Both the position numbers and the translations under genes were made by a program. The notes under the pieces were generated by a model. It was given only the letters and a program-made list of their open reading frames with translations. It searched no databases and had not been told where the DNA came from. Below, piece by piece: positions 1-13,004 of a stretch of 32,000 nt of DNA (its first letter is position 1; each line of letters opens with the position of its first letter). Where the stretch lies: assembly GCF_000009605.1 (NCBI RefSeq), contig NC_002528.1, forward strand, positions 330,001 to 362,000, given 5' to 3'. The DNA comes from Buchnera aphidicola str. APS (Acyrthosiphon pisum) (GTDB lineage Bacteria; Pseudomonadota; Gammaproteobacteria; Enterobacterales; Enterobacteriaceae).

Positions 1-45
1 TAATTTTTATATCAATGCGAAATAAATATATATATATGTGAATTG

Positions 46-71
46 AAAAATTTAGTTTAAAATAAACTAAA
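46..71 (-). terminator. Candidate weak intrinsic terminator downstream of fldA
   Basis: Inverted repeat TTTAGTTTA / TAAACTAAA (51..59 and 63..71, 3-nt loop). Read on the minus strand it is followed directly by a T5 run (A5 at 46..50 on +). The stem is almost all A:T, so it is weak. Confidence 0.3.
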
Positions 72-104
72 AAAGTCTATTATTCTAAATAATATTTTTT
101 ATAT

Positions 105-620
105 TTAATGTGTATTAAAATAAGGAATAATTTGTTTTACCCATTGCTTTATTCTATATTCAGTTTTATTTGCTTGACGATCTTCATCTAAAATTAGTCC
201 ATAAAAATATTTTTTATTCAGTAAAGCTTTAGATTGCTCAAAATAATAGTCTTCTGTAGACCATTTTCCAATTATATTCGCTTTATTTTTTTTTAAAATA
301 TCATAAATGGTACCTATTGCATCGCAAAAATATTCACTGTAATCTTCTTGATCACCGCATCCGAATAATGCCACAATTTTATTTGAAAAATTGATTTTTT
401 TTAAAGTTGGCAAGAAATCATCCCAATCACATTGAACTTCACCATAATACCAAGTAGGGACTCCAAATATTAAAAAATTAAAATCTTCAATGTCTTTTTG
501 GGAAGTATTACTAATATCGTATAAACAAGAAACATTATCACCTATATATTTTTGAATTAATTTTGCTATCTTTTCTGTGTTTCCAGTATCACTACCAAAA
601 AAAATTCCTATTTTTTTCAT
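105..620 (-). CDS. fldA: Flavodoxin 1
   Basis: The 171-aa ORF is collinear with E. coli FldA (176 aa). It has the N-terminal FMN-binding signature [12 protein letters not shown] and the conserved PTWYYGE.QCDWDDF and [17 protein letters not shown] blocks. Confidence 0.95.
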   Translation of the reverse strand: MKKIGIFFGSDTGNTEKIAKLIQKYIGDNVSCLYDISNTSQKDIEDFNFLIFGVPTWYYGEVQCDWDDFLPTLKKINFSNKIVALFGCGDQEDYSEYFCDAIGTIYDILKKNKANIIGKWSTEDYYFEQSKALLNKKYFYGLILDEDRQANKTEYRIKQWVKQIIPYFNTH

Positions 621-826
621 TTTAGTCTCTTGTAATAAAATATATTTTTAATATAGATATATGTTAATGTATTAATGTGTATTTTTTTTCTACTACAAAG
701 TAAAAATTAATTTTTATTTTTATAAAAAAATGAATTTATAGAAAGAACTATTCTAAAAATTCTTCTATAAAATAATATTTCCTAACAATATTTTTCAGCT
801 GAGTTAATATATTAAATATAAATATT

Positions 827-2278
827 ATGCAAAAAAATTTAATTTGGTTCCGTAACGATCTTCGTGTATATGACAACACGGCTCTACATCAAGCATGTCA
901 AAATGATACAGATAAAGTAATAAGTTTATTTATTTCTACTCCGAAGCAATGGCATAATCAATCCGTTTCTAAAAAAAAAATATCTTTTATGTATTATCAT
1001 TTAATTTCTTTACAAAAAGAACTATTAAAATTAAATATTATTTTATATTATCATGAATCTACTGATTTTTTAAATTCTATAGAATATCTTATTTTTTTTT
1101 GCAAAAAACATAAAGTCAATAATTTATTTTATAATTATGAGTATGCAATCAATGAACGTTATCGAGATTATTTAGTAAAAAAAAAACTATCTCAAAAAGG
1201 GTTTCTTGTAAAAGGTTTTCACGATAATCTTTTATTTTCAAATAGACAAATCAGAAACCAAAAAAATGAAACATATAAAGTTTTTACTTTTTTTAAGAAA
1301 AAAGTAATACAAAATTTACATAATAATATTCCACAATGTTTTCCTGTTCCCTCTAAACGTAAATCTGATAGAGATATTTTTTTAACTTCTATTTCTTTGA
1401 AAAATGTAAATTTAAACTTTAATAAAAATTTCTTTCCTGTTGGAGAAAAAGAGGCTATTAATCGTTTAAAAAATTTTTGTATATATAAATTTAATGATTA
1501 TTTTCTTAAACGAGATTATCCCTTTTTAGATGCTACTAGTATGCTGTCTCCATATTTATCAGCAGGAATAATATCATCTCGATATTGTCTTAAAGTGCTT
1601 TTAAAAACAAAAAACAGTCTTCCATTAAATGTTCTTCTTACGTCTCCTTGGTTTGATCAGATATTATGGCGTGAATTTTATTACCATTTATTAATTGGAT
1701 TTCCAAAAATTAGTAGATCTGAATCATTAGTAACATGGGAAAAAGAAATTCATTGGATAAATAATATAAAACATTTTAATGCCTGGAAAGAAGGAAATAC
1801 AGGTTTTCCTATAATAGATGCAGGAATGAGACAATTAAACGAACTAGGATGGATGCATAATAGATTAAGAATGATTACATCTAGTTTTTTAGTAAAAAAT
1901 CTTTTGATTAATTGGCGAGAAGGGGAGGAACATTTTATATCTAATTTAATCGATGGAGACTTAGCGCTGAATAATGGAGGATGGCAATGGTCAGCGTCAG
2001 TGGGATGTGATTCTGTACCTTATATAAGAATTTTTAATCCATTACATCAATCAAAAACTTTTGATGAATCGGGTAATTTTATAAAGAAGTTTATACCAGA
2101 ATTAAAAAACGTGCCTAATCATCATATCCATCAACCACATGAATGGTCAAAACAAAAAAATTTTAAAATAGATTATCCTAATCCTATTATTAATTATAGT
2201 GAAAGCAGAAAAACATCTTTATCGCTATTCAAACAAGCTCGATTAAAACTTCATAAAAATGGACTGAAAAATTCATGA
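827..2278 (+). CDS. phrB: Deoxyribodipyrimidine photolyase (class I CPD photolyase)
   Basis: 483-aa ORF with N-terminus LIWFRNDLRVYDN (E. coli LVWFRQDLRLHDN). FAD-binding C-terminal blocks are present: TGFPIIDAGMRQL, WMHNRLRMITSSFLVK, DGDLALNNGGWQWSAS. The stop overlaps the ybgI start (ATGA at 2275..2278). Confidence 0.93.
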   Translation: MQKNLIWFRNDLRVYDNTALHQACQNDTDKVISLFISTPKQWHNQSVSKKKISFMYYHLISLQKELLKLNIILYYHESTDFLNSIEYLIFFCKKHKVNNLFYNYEYAINERYRDYLVKKKLSQKGFLVKGFHDNLLFSNRQIRNQKNETYKVFTFFKKKVIQNLHNNIPQCFPVPSKRKSDRDIFLTSISLKNVNLNFNKNFFPVGEKEAINRLKNFCIYKFNDYFLKRDYPFLDATSMLSPYLSAGIISSRYCLKVLLKTKNSLPLNVLLTSPWFDQILWREFYYHLLIGFPKISRSESLVTWEKEIHWINNIKHFNAWKEGNTGFPIIDAGMRQLNELGWMHNRLRMITSSFLVKNLLINWREGEEHFISNLIDGDLALNNGGWQWSASVGCDSVPYIRIFNPLHQSKTFDESGNFIKKFIPELKNVPNHHIHQPHEWSKQKNFKIDYPNPIINYSESRKTSLSLFKQARLKLHKNGLKNS

Positions 2279-3018
2279 ACAATTTTCTTTTAGAAGATAT
2301 TATCAATAAAAAATTATTATCTAATCAGTATCAAGATACAGTTCCGAATGGTTTGCAAATCGAAGGAACAGAAATAGTAAAGAAAATTATTACAGGGGTG
2401 ACTGCTTGTCAGGCTTTATTAGATAAAGCATTATTTTATAATGCCGATACTTTAATAGTTCATCATGGTTATTTTTGGAAAAATGAATCAAAATATATAC
2501 ATAACATGCAGAGACAACGATTAAAAACTATATTATCTCATAATATTAACTTGTACAGTTGGCATTTACCTTTAGATGTGCATCCTAAATTAGGAAATAA
2601 TGCTCAAATCGCTAAAAAATTAAATATTGATATTCAAGGTAGTATTTTGCCTTATGTTTTATGGGGAACAACAAAAAACAAAATGACAGGTTTTGAATTT
2701 GCTAATAAAATAGAAAGAAAATTTAAAAAATATCCTATACATCTATACGAAAATGCTCCATTGTATATTAGTCGTGTTGCTTGGTGTAGTGGTCGAGGAC
2801 AAGGTTTTATTAAAAAAGCATGTGCATTTGGAATTGATGCTTTTTTAACCGGTGAAATTTCAGAAGAAACTACTCATATTGCTAAAGAATTAGGTATTCA
2901 TTTTTTTTCTTTAGGCCATCATGCTACCGAAAAAGATGGCGTTAAATCTTTAGGTGAATGGTTGCAGAGAAAGTATGATTTATGTGTTGATTTTATTGAT
3001 ATTTATAATCCCGCTTAA
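2275..3018 (+). CDS. ybgI: Nif3-family metal-binding protein YbgI (GTP cyclohydrolase 1 type 2 homologue)
   Basis: The 247-aa ORF has the same length as E. coli YbgI. Blocks PNGLQIEG, ITGVTACQALLD, IVHHGYFW, NINLYSWHLPLDVHPKLGNNAQ match from memory. It overlaps phrB by 4 bp, suggesting translational coupling. Confidence 0.9.
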   Translation: MNNFLLEDIINKKLLSNQYQDTVPNGLQIEGTEIVKKIITGVTACQALLDKALFYNADTLIVHHGYFWKNESKYIHNMQRQRLKTILSHNINLYSWHLPLDVHPKLGNNAQIAKKLNIDIQGSILPYVLWGTTKNKMTGFEFANKIERKFKKYPIHLYENAPLYISRVAWCSGRGQGFIKKACAFGIDAFLTGEISEETTHIAKELGIHFFSLGHHATEKDGVKSLGEWLQRKYDLCVDFIDIYNPA

Positions 3019-3133
3019 TTTTATTAAATAAAAAAGCGATTATGATAAATACAGTGAAGCGAATGTTATTATTAGAATTAATTTGATATTTTTTATTTAA
3101 AATTTTCATCACATTTTATTTAATAATTTTTAA

Positions 3134-5872
<2,739 letters not shown>

Positions 5873-5887
5873 ATAATAGGATAAAGA

Positions 5888-7150
5888 ATGAAAAAAATAA
5901 ATATTCTTGTTCCAGATTTACCAGAATCTATTAGTGATGCAACAGTTGTAAAATGGCACAAAAAAATAGGAGATACAGTTCACTGTGATGATAATATAGT
6001 TGATATTGAAACAGATAAAGTCATGTTAGAAGTATCTTCTCCATGTGATGGAATATTACAATCAATTTTAGAAAAAGAAGGGAAAGTAGTTATATCTCAA
6101 CAAACACTTGGTGAAATAAACAAATCTACTGTGGTTGATAACCATCTTTCCAATAATCATATTATTGAAAAAGAAGATAATTTATTAAAAAAAGAAGAAA
6201 AATATATAACTACGGAAGAAAAAAAAGAAATAGAATATTTATTAAAAGATAATCACAAACATCTGACTCCATCTATGAGACGATCAGTCAAAATACATAA
6301 TATTAATAATGGTTTTTTAAATCAAGTGATCGAAACAAGTAAAAAAACTAATTTTGAAAATATTATAAAAGAAGAAAAAAAAGAATCGAATCAAATTTTA
6401 TTCAATCATAATATATTTAATGCGAATGAAAATAATAAAAATAATAATAATAAGGTTACGAATCGAGTAAAAATGACTCGATTACGACAAAGAATTGCAG
6501 AACGATTACTAGATAGCAAAAATAATACAGCTATGCTAACTACTTTTCATGAAGTAAATATGAAACCAATCATACTTTTACGTAAAAAGTATGGTGAAGA
6601 TTTTGAAAAAAAACATAATGTTAGAATTGGATTTATGTCTTTTTTTGTAAAAGCAGTCATTCAAGCATTAAAAAATTTTCCAGAAATTAATGCTTACATA
6701 GATCAAACAGATATAGTTTTTTATAAAAATTTCGACATCAGTATTGCTATTTCGACGCCAAGAGGGTTGATTACTCCGGTAATAAGAAATGCTGATACAA
6801 TGACAATGGCAGAAATTGAAAAAAAAATAAAGGATTTTTCTATAAAAGGATTGCAAAATAAAATCAATATAAAAGAATTAATGGGTGGCAATTTCACCAT
6901 TACTAATGGTGGTGTTTTTGGTTCCTTAATGTCGACTCCTATTATTAACCCTCCTCAAACAGCCATATTAGGTATGCATGTAATTCAAGAACGTCCAGTA
7001 GTTGTAAATGGACAAATTAAAATTCTTCCAATGATGTATTTAGCATTATCTTATGATCATCGTTTAATAGATGGAAAAGAATCTGTCGGTTTTTTAATCA
7101 ATATAAAAAATATATTAGAAGATTTTAATCGTATTGCAATTGATGTGTAG
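5888..7150 (+). CDS. sucB: Dihydrolipoyllysine-residue succinyltransferase, E2 of 2-oxoglutarate dehydrogenase
   Basis: 420-aa ORF with a lipoyl domain containing the attachment motif IETDKV. The catalytic domain ends in [14 protein letters not shown] (DHRxxDG active site). AGGA-type SD (AGGAT, 5879..5883) lies upstream, and the gene starts 15 nt after sucA. Confidence 0.96.
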   Translation: MKKINILVPDLPESISDATVVKWHKKIGDTVHCDDNIVDIETDKVMLEVSSPCDGILQSILEKEGKVVISQQTLGEINKSTVVDNHLSNNHIIEKEDNLLKKEEKYITTEEKKEIEYLLKDNHKHLTPSMRRSVKIHNINNGFLNQVIETSKKTNFENIIKEEKKESNQILFNHNIFNANENNKNNNNKVTNRVKMTRLRQRIAERLLDSKNNTAMLTTFHEVNMKPIILLRKKYGEDFEKKHNVRIGFMSFFVKAVIQALKNFPEINAYIDQTDIVFYKNFDISIAISTPRGLITPVIRNADTMTMAEIEKKIKDFSIKGLQNKINIKELMGGNFTITNGGVFGSLMSTPIINPPQTAILGMHVIQERPVVVNGQIKILPMMYLALSYDHRLIDGKESVGFLINIKNILEDFNRIAIDV

Positions 7151-7183
7151 AATTATTTTTAATAAATTAATATATAGCGCTTA

Positions 7184-7230
7184 AAAAGTACGATCATTAA
7201 ATTACTTACAAACTAGCGTACTTTTATTAT
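7184..7230 (+). terminator. Candidate intrinsic terminator after sucAB
   Basis: 9-bp inverted repeat AAAAGTACG (7184..7192) / CGTACTTTT (7217..7225) running into TTTTATTAT. The loop is long (24 nt), so it is not a textbook terminator. Confidence 0.35.
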
Positions 7231-7247
7231 ATAAAAAAAGAGGAAAA

Positions 7248-7943
7248 ATGAAAATTAATCAAGTAGTTTTAATTAGACATGGTCAAAGCGAATGGAATAC
7301 ATTAAATAAATTTACTGGTTGGCATGATGCTGAATTAGATAAAAAAGGAAAAGATGAAGCTAAATTTGCTGCTATCTTATTAAAAAAAGAAAAATTTTTT
7401 TTTGATTGCGCACATACATCATTATTAAAAAGAGCAATTCATACTTTGCAATATATTTTAGATGAATTAAACCAAACCTGGTTGTCAGTTAAAAAATCCT
7501 GGCGTTTAAACGAACGACATTATGGTGCATTAGAAGGGTTAAATAAAGATGAAGTTATTGAGAAATATGGACAAAAACAAGTTCTTCTATGGAGAAGAAG
7601 TTTTGATATTAGTCCACCTCAGATTAATATAAAAGATAAACGCTTTCCAGGAAACGATCCACGCTACTCTCATTTAAATATTCATGACATCCCTCTAGGA
7701 GAGAGCTTAGAAAAAACTGCAAAACGAGTTATTCCTTATTGGAACAAAATTGTTTATCCAGAATTAAAAAATAATAAAAAAATACTTATTGTAGCGCATG
7801 GAAATTCTTTACGTGCCTTGATACAACACTTATATAAAATAGACAATAAAGCTATTTTGGATTTAAATATTCCTACTGCACAACCCATTATCTTAGATTT
7901 CGATAATGAAAAAAATCCAATTAAATGGCACTATTTAACATAA
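7248..7943 (+). CDS. gpmA: 2,3-bisphosphoglycerate-dependent phosphoglycerate mutase
   Basis: 231-aa ORF with the phosphohistidine signature [10 protein letters not shown], plus [12 protein letters not shown] and [16 protein letters not shown] lies 5-9 nt upstream of the ATG. Confidence 0.94.
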   Translation: MKINQVVLIRHGQSEWNTLNKFTGWHDAELDKKGKDEAKFAAILLKKEKFFFDCAHTSLLKRAIHTLQYILDELNQTWLSVKKSWRLNERHYGALEGLNKDEVIEKYGQKQVLLWRRSFDISPPQINIKDKRFPGNDPRYSHLNIHDIPLGESLEKTAKRVIPYWNKIVYPELKNNKKILIVAHGNSLRALIQHLYKIDNKAILDLNIPTAQPIILDFDNEKNPIKWHYLT

Positions 7944-8126
7944 TTTTATTAAAAAATATTTCTTTACATTCCTTAATACTTCGATACTAAATTTATCTAG
8001 TTGTATTTATATGAATTAATATAAATATATTTTTAAAATAATCATTTTTAATAGATTTTTTAAAATTTCATTATCCATGAAAAACAAAAAAATAAAATTT
8101 TATAAAAATCAAAACAAGAGGTTCTA

Positions 8127-9089
8127 ATGATTAAAAAAATTGGAGTTTTAACTAGTGGTGGCGATGCTCCAGGGATGAATGCCGCAATTAGAGGGGTTGT
8201 TAGAACAGCACTTAGTGAAAGATTAGAAGTATTTGGAATTTATGATGGATATTTAGGTCTATATGAAAACCGTATGGTGCAACTTGATAGATATAGTGTA
8301 TCTGACATGATTAACAGAGGTGGGACATTTTTAGGGTCAGCTAGATTTGCTAGTTTTTATCAAGACAAAATACGCTCAATTGCAGTGCAAAATATAAAAA
8401 AAAGAAAAATAGATGCTCTTGTTGTCATTGGAGGTGATGGTTCTTATATAGGAGCTCAAAAATTAACAGAAATGGGTATTCCATGTATTAGCATTCCAGG
8501 TACTATCGATAATGATGTTTCAGGTACTGATTATACAATAGGTTATTTTACAGCTTTACAAACAGTGGTTGAAGCTATTGATCGATTGCGCGACACTTCT
8601 TCTTCTCACCAACGTATTTCTATTGTAGAGGTGATGGGTAGACATTGTGGAGATTTAACATTAGCTGCAGCTATTGCTGGTGGATGCGAATTTATTGTTT
8701 TACCAGAAATTGACTATAAAAAAGAAGATCTAGTTATCGAGATTCAAGCTGGCATTGCTAAGGGCAAAAAACATGCTATTGTTGCCATAACTGAATACAT
8801 TTGTGATGTAGAAGAATTAGCACAATATATTGAAAAAAAAACTAATCGAGAAACTAGAGCGACAATTCTTGGACATATCCAAAGAGGGGGTGCACCTGTA
8901 GTATATGATCGTATATTAGCATCAAGAATGGGTGCATATTCAGTTGAATTATTAATAAAAGGTTATCAGGGAAAATGTGTTGGAATACAAAATGAAAAAA
9001 TGGTTTTTAACGATATAAAAAACGCACTAAAAAATATGAAACGTACTTTTAAAAAAGATTGGTTGATTACTGCTAAAAAGTTATACTAA
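8127..9089 (+). CDS. pfkA: ATP-dependent 6-phosphofructokinase
   Basis: The 320-aa ORF has the same length as E. coli PfkA. Motifs [33 protein letters not shown] and MGRHCGDL are present. SD GAGG is upstream. Confidence 0.97.
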   Translation: MIKKIGVLTSGGDAPGMNAAIRGVVRTALSERLEVFGIYDGYLGLYENRMVQLDRYSVSDMINRGGTFLGSARFASFYQDKIRSIAVQNIKKRKIDALVVIGGDGSYIGAQKLTEMGIPCISIPGTIDNDVSGTDYTIGYFTALQTVVEAIDRLRDTSSSHQRISIVEVMGRHCGDLTLAAAIAGGCEFIVLPEIDYKKEDLVIEIQAGIAKGKKHAIVAITEYICDVEELAQYIEKKTNRETRATILGHIQRGGAPVVYDRILASRMGAYSVELLIKGYQGKCVGIQNEKMVFNDIKNALKNMKRTFKKDWLITAKKLY

Positions 9090-9099
9090 TATAAAATTA

Positions 9100-9128
9100 G
9101 TGCCGGTTTCACCGGCGCTCTAGTTTTT
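9100..9128 (+). terminator. G+C-rich hairpin / intrinsic terminator in the pfkA-glpF spacer
   Basis: GTGCCGGT (9100..9107) pairs with ACCGGCGC (9111..9118), with one G:U pair and loop TTC. A T5 run follows at 9124..9128. This is a striking G+C island in an otherwise AT-rich spacer. Confidence 0.6.
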
Positions 9129-9154
9129 AAATAAGGTAATATAGGTTTTAAAAA

Positions 9155-9946
9155 ATGAATATTTATAGAAAAAAAAATATCATAAAAAAATGTTTTATGG
9201 AGTTTTTTGGAACAGGTTTGGTAATGTTTTTTGGCATAGGATGTTTAGCTGCTTCGAAGTTAACAAATGCTAATTTTACTCAGTTTGAAATTAGTTGTAT
9301 TTGGGGCTTTGGAGTGTCTATAGCCATCTATTTTAGTTCTTCAATATCTGGAGCTCATTTAAATCCAGCTGTTACTATCTTTTTTTGGTTGTCTTCCAAA
9401 TTGAATAAAAGAAAGGTCCTACCGTATATCATATCTCAAACACTTGGTTCTTTTTTTTTTACGATGCTAACATATTATCTTTATAATAATTTATTAATTT
9501 CATTTGAAAGAAATAATAATGTTGTAAGAGGAACTCAGGAAAGTCTTAATTTAGCTTCTATTTTTTGTGTTTATCCGAACTATAATAATAGTTTTATTTA
9601 CGACTTTATAATAGAAATATTTTCAACTGCACTTTTTATTCTGATTGTATTAGAATTTAATAATAGAAACAGTAATTATTTTTTATATAATAGATCTGTA
9701 GCACCTATCTTAACGGGTTTTTTAGTCTGCATGATTAACTTAGTTATAAATCCTTTAAATAATATAAGTTTAAATCCAGCCCGAGATTTAGGTCCGAAAA
9801 TACTTCTAAGTTTAACTGGATGGGGTCTTTTTTCCTTTACTGGAGGAAATGATAATATTTTATATTGTTTTATACCAATAATGGGTCCTATTTTAGGAGC
9901 TAATTTAGGTGGTTGGATACACAAAACTCTAATCAATAATAGTTAA
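9155..9946 (+). CDS. glpF: Aquaglyceroporin (glycerol uptake facilitator family)
   Basis: 263-aa ORF carrying both MIP-family NPA boxes (SGAHLNPAVT and SLNPARDLGPK). The N-terminal EFFGTGLVMFFGIGC aligns with E. coli GlpF AEFLGTGLLIFFGVGC. Confidence 0.88.
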   Translation: MNIYRKKNIIKKCFMEFFGTGLVMFFGIGCLAASKLTNANFTQFEISCIWGFGVSIAIYFSSSISGAHLNPAVTIFFWLSSKLNKRKVLPYIISQTLGSFFFTMLTYYLYNNLLISFERNNNVVRGTQESLNLASIFCVYPNYNNSFIYDFIIEIFSTALFILIVLEFNNRNSNYFLYNRSVAPILTGFLVCMINLVINPLNNISLNPARDLGPKILLSLTGWGLFSFTGGNDNILYCFIPIMGPILGANLGGWIHKTLINNS

Positions 9947-9954
9947 TTATTTTT

Positions 9955-10722
9955 TTATGAATAGTGTTCGTGTGCTATTTTTATAATTTCTAAAAATTCT
10001 TTAGCACTTAAAGATGAATTTCCAATTAATAAACCATTGATGTCTGGTTGTTCAATAAACTTTTTTACATTAGTATGATTAATAGATCCACCGTATTGAA
10101 TTATTATATCATTTCTATTGATTGAGCTATATTTTAAAATATAATTTTTTATAAATACATGTATTAGTTGAACATGTTCTGGATCTGCTGATACACCAGT
10201 TCCGATGGCCCAAATAGGTTCATAGGCAATTATTATATTTTTAAATGCTGATGTGCCTAAATTTTTTAATATCAAATTTAATTGTCTTTGAATAACCTGC
10301 TCGGTTTGATTATGTTTTTTTTCTATTTCTGTTTCACCTACACACAATATAGGTGTTAAATTTGATTTTTTAATTAAATGAAATTTTTTTGCAATGATAT
10401 CATCAGTTTCATGATGTAAAAAACGTCTTTCGGAATGCCCTATAATCACATATTTTACTCCTATATCTCGCAGCATCAAAATAGAAGTTTCACCGGTAAA
10501 TGCTCCGTTTAAATTAATATCTACGTTTTGCGAACCAAGAAAAATGTTCATATTGCTTATATTTTTACATACTCGTTCTAAATATATAGTTGGAGGAGCA
10601 ATAATAACAGTGTTTTTTTCTAAATAACTTGATGAATATAATTTTAAATATTTGAAAAAACTAGAAATCATTTTTATATTTCCATTTAATTTCCAGTTAG
10701 CTGTAATGAAGAATTTTTTCAT
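9955..10722 (-). CDS. tpiA: Triosephosphate isomerase
   Basis: The 255-aa ORF has the same length as E. coli TpiA. It has the active-site signature AYEPIWAIGTG, plus GHSERR and NWK. SD AAGGTG is upstream. Confidence 0.96.
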   Translation of the reverse strand: MKKFFITANWKLNGNIKMISSFFKYLKLYSSSYLEKNTVIIAPPTIYLERVCKNISNMNIFLGSQNVDINLNGAFTGETSILMLRDIGVKYVIIGHSERRFLHHETDDIIAKKFHLIKKSNLTPILCVGETEIEKKHNQTEQVIQRQLNLILKNLGTSAFKNIIIAYEPIWAIGTGVSADPEHVQLIHVFIKNYILKYSSINRNDIIIQYGGSINHTNVKKFIEQPDINGLLIGNSSLSAKEFLEIIKIAHEHYS

Positions 10723-10748
10723 ATTTCACCTTAGTGATTTTTTAAATG

Positions 10749-10799
10749 ATAGAAACTAAGCTTCTTTTATGAAAAAGTTATATCAAACTTAGTTTCTAT
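10749..10799 (-). repeat. 12-bp perfect inverted repeat (hairpin) in the ihfB-tpiA spacer
   Basis: ATAGAAACTAAG (10749..10760) and CTTAGTTTCTAT (10788..10799) are separated by 27 nt. No clear U-run follows on the transcribed (minus) strand, so I call it a hairpin rather than a terminator. Confidence 0.4.
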
Positions 10800-10820
10800 T
10801 ATAAAATACATTAAGAAGTA

Positions 10821-11105
10821 TTATTTATGTATATTTGCTCGATCTCGTAATTTTTTTCCTGGTTTAAAATAAGGTACATATTTTTCATTTAGTTTGACTG
10901 ATTTGCCAGTCTTAGGATTACGACCAATGCGAGAAGATCGATAATGTAAAGAAAAGCTACCAAATCCTCGAATTTCAATTCTTTTTCCATTTGCTAATGA
11001 TATTATCATGTGTTCTAACATTTCTTTTGCAGCACGCTCTATCATTTTATTTGAAATATTAATTTTTTGTTCAGCAATTCTTTCGAATAGTTCTGATTTT
11101 ATCAT
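10821..11105 (-). CDS. ihfB: Integration host factor subunit beta
   Basis: The 94-aa ORF has the same length as E. coli Ihf[26 protein letters not shown] and GRNPKTG are conserved. Confidence 0.96.
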   Translation of the reverse strand: MIKSELFERIAEQKINISNKMIERAAKEMLEHMIISLANGKRIEIRGFGSFSLHYRSSRIGRNPKTGKSVKLNEKYVPYFKPGKKLRDRANIHK

Positions 11106-11200
11106 AAACCCTCTATATTTATAAATTTTAAAAATTCATTTATTTTTTATTATTTTAAAATATTATTGCATAATATAATTTATTTTCCATGAAAAATTAA

Positions 11201-12877
11201 TTATTCAGTATTTTTAGCAGCTTTGAATGCTTCTGTCATTACGTTAGAAAAAGAATCGTCATTTGTTTTATTGTTAGAAGGTGCTGTTAAGTCTTTTTTT
11301 TCATCTTCATCTATCATATGAATTGTAAGATAAATAATTCTATTTTTTCGGTCAAAACTCGATAATTTAACTAAAATTTTATCTTCAATTTTTAATTTAT
11401 TGATCATTGTTTCAGAATAAACACGAGTAATTTCAGTTAATTTTATTACACCTTCTAAATTTTCTGGTAGTTTTACAATGATGTTTTTTTTATCTAAAGA
11501 TTTAATTATTCCAGTAATAATTGCACCTTTTTTGTGATTTGCAATATATGTATTAAAAGGATCTTCTTCTAATTGTTTAATCCCTAAAGATATACGTTCT
11601 CTTTCTGCATCTACTTGAAGAACTACAGCAGAAATTTCATCATTCTTTTTGTATTTTACAACTGCTTCTTCACCAGGTATTGTCCAAGAAATATCAGACA
11701 AATGTACTAATCCGTCAATGCCTCCATTTAAACCAATAAAAATACCAAAATCTGTAATGGATTTTATTTTTCCAAGAACATGAACCCCTTTTTTATGAGT
11801 TTCAGAAAACTCTTTCCATGGATTTATTTTACATTGTTTTAAACCAAGAGAAATGCGACGACGTTCTTCGTCAATATCTAACACCATTACTTCAACTACA
11901 TCATTAACTGTAACTACTTTTGACGGATGAATATTTTTATTAGTCCAGTCCATTTCAGAAACATGTACAAGACCTTCGACTCCTTCTTCAATTTCTACAA
12001 AACAACCATAATCTGTTAAATTAGTTACACGGCCACTTAATTTTGTTTCTTCGGGATAACGTTTAGAGATTGCTATCCATGGATCTTCGCCTAGTTGTTT
12101 TAATCCTAATGATACGCGTGTTCTTTCTCTATCAAATTTTAAAATTTTAATATTGATTTCATCACCTACATTAACTATTTCACTAGGATGTTTGACTCTT
12201 TTCCAAGCCATATCAGTAATATGTAAAAGACCATCTACACCACCTAGATCTACAAAAGCTCCATAATCAGTTAAATTTTTAACAATACCTTTAACGTGCA
12301 TCCCTTCTTGTAAATTTTCTAATAATTGATCTCTTTCGGCACTGTTTTCTGATTCAATTACAGCACGACGTGAAACAACAACATTATTACGCTTTTGATC
12401 TAATTTTATTACTTTAAATTCTAACTCTTTTCCTTCAAGATGTATTGTATCTCTCACTGGACGAACATCTACTAAAGAACCGGGTAAAAATGCACGTATA
12501 TCATTTAATTCAACAGTAAAGCCACCTTTAACTTTACCATTAATAATTCCAATGACTGTTTCTGATTTTTCATGAGCTTTTTCTAAAATCAACCACGCTT
12601 CATGACGTTTTGCTTTTTCTCGAGATAAAAGTGTTTCTCCAAATCCATCTTCAATAGCATCTAAAGCAACATCAATTTGATCTCCTACCTGAATATCTAA
12701 TAAACCTTGAGAATTTTGAAATTGTTCAACGGGAATAGCAGATTCAGATTTAAGACCAGCATCAACTAAAACCATATCTTTTTCTATAGAGACGATGGTG
12801 CCGCGAATAATAGAACCTGGACGAGTTTTAATTTCTTTTAACGATTCTTCAAATAATTGAGCAAAAGATTCATTCAT
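11201..12877 (-). CDS. rpsA: 30S ribosomal protein S1
   Basis: 558-aa ORF (E. coli 557 aa) with N-terminus [13 protein letters not shown] and six recognisable S1 repeats (repeated G.V....D.GAFV/FVE.G.EGL.H.S motifs). Confidence 0.98.
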   Translation of the reverse strand: MNESFAQLFEESLKEIKTRPGSIIRGTIVSIEKDMVLVDAGLKSESAIPVEQFQNSQGLLDIQVGDQIDVALDAIEDGFGETLLSREKAKRHEAWLILEKAHEKSETVIGIINGKVKGGFTVELNDIRAFLPGSLVDVRPVRDTIHLEGKELEFKVIKLDQKRNNVVVSRRAVIESENSAERDQLLENLQEGMHVKGIVKNLTDYGAFVDLGGVDGLLHITDMAWKRVKHPSEIVNVGDEINIKILKFDRERTRVSLGLKQLGEDPWIAISKRYPEETKLSGRVTNLTDYGCFVEIEEGVEGLVHVSEMDWTNKNIHPSKVVTVNDVVEVMVLDIDEERRRISLGLKQCKINPWKEFSETHKKGVHVLGKIKSITDFGIFIGLNGGIDGLVHLSDISWTIPGEEAVVKYKKNDEISAVVLQVDAERERISLGIKQLEEDPFNTYIANHKKGAIITGIIKSLDKKNIIVKLPENLEGVIKLTEITRVYSETMINKLKIEDKILVKLSSFDRKNRIIYLTIHMIDEDEKKDLTAPSNNKTNDDSFSNVMTEAFKAAKNTE

Positions 12878-13004
12878 ATTAATAATTTTGAGAAATTTTT
12901 ATTGAACGTTCATCTTAACTTCATGCTAAAATGAGCCTGTTTTATATATCTTATAATAATCCTTATTAAAGAGTGTGATATCAAAATATCAAATTAATTT
13001 TTAA

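Noticed and set aside
6668-6856. 62-aa ORF antisense to sucB
   Set aside because: It lies entirely inside the conserved catalytic domain of sucB on the opposite strand. It is low-complexity, has no recognisable motif and no SD, and is a typical shadow ORF.
9676-9936. 86-aa ORF antisense to glpF
   Set aside because: It overlaps the second NPA-box region of glpF. A Lys/Pro/Ile-rich translation is expected from the reverse complement of a membrane protein, and there is no independent support.
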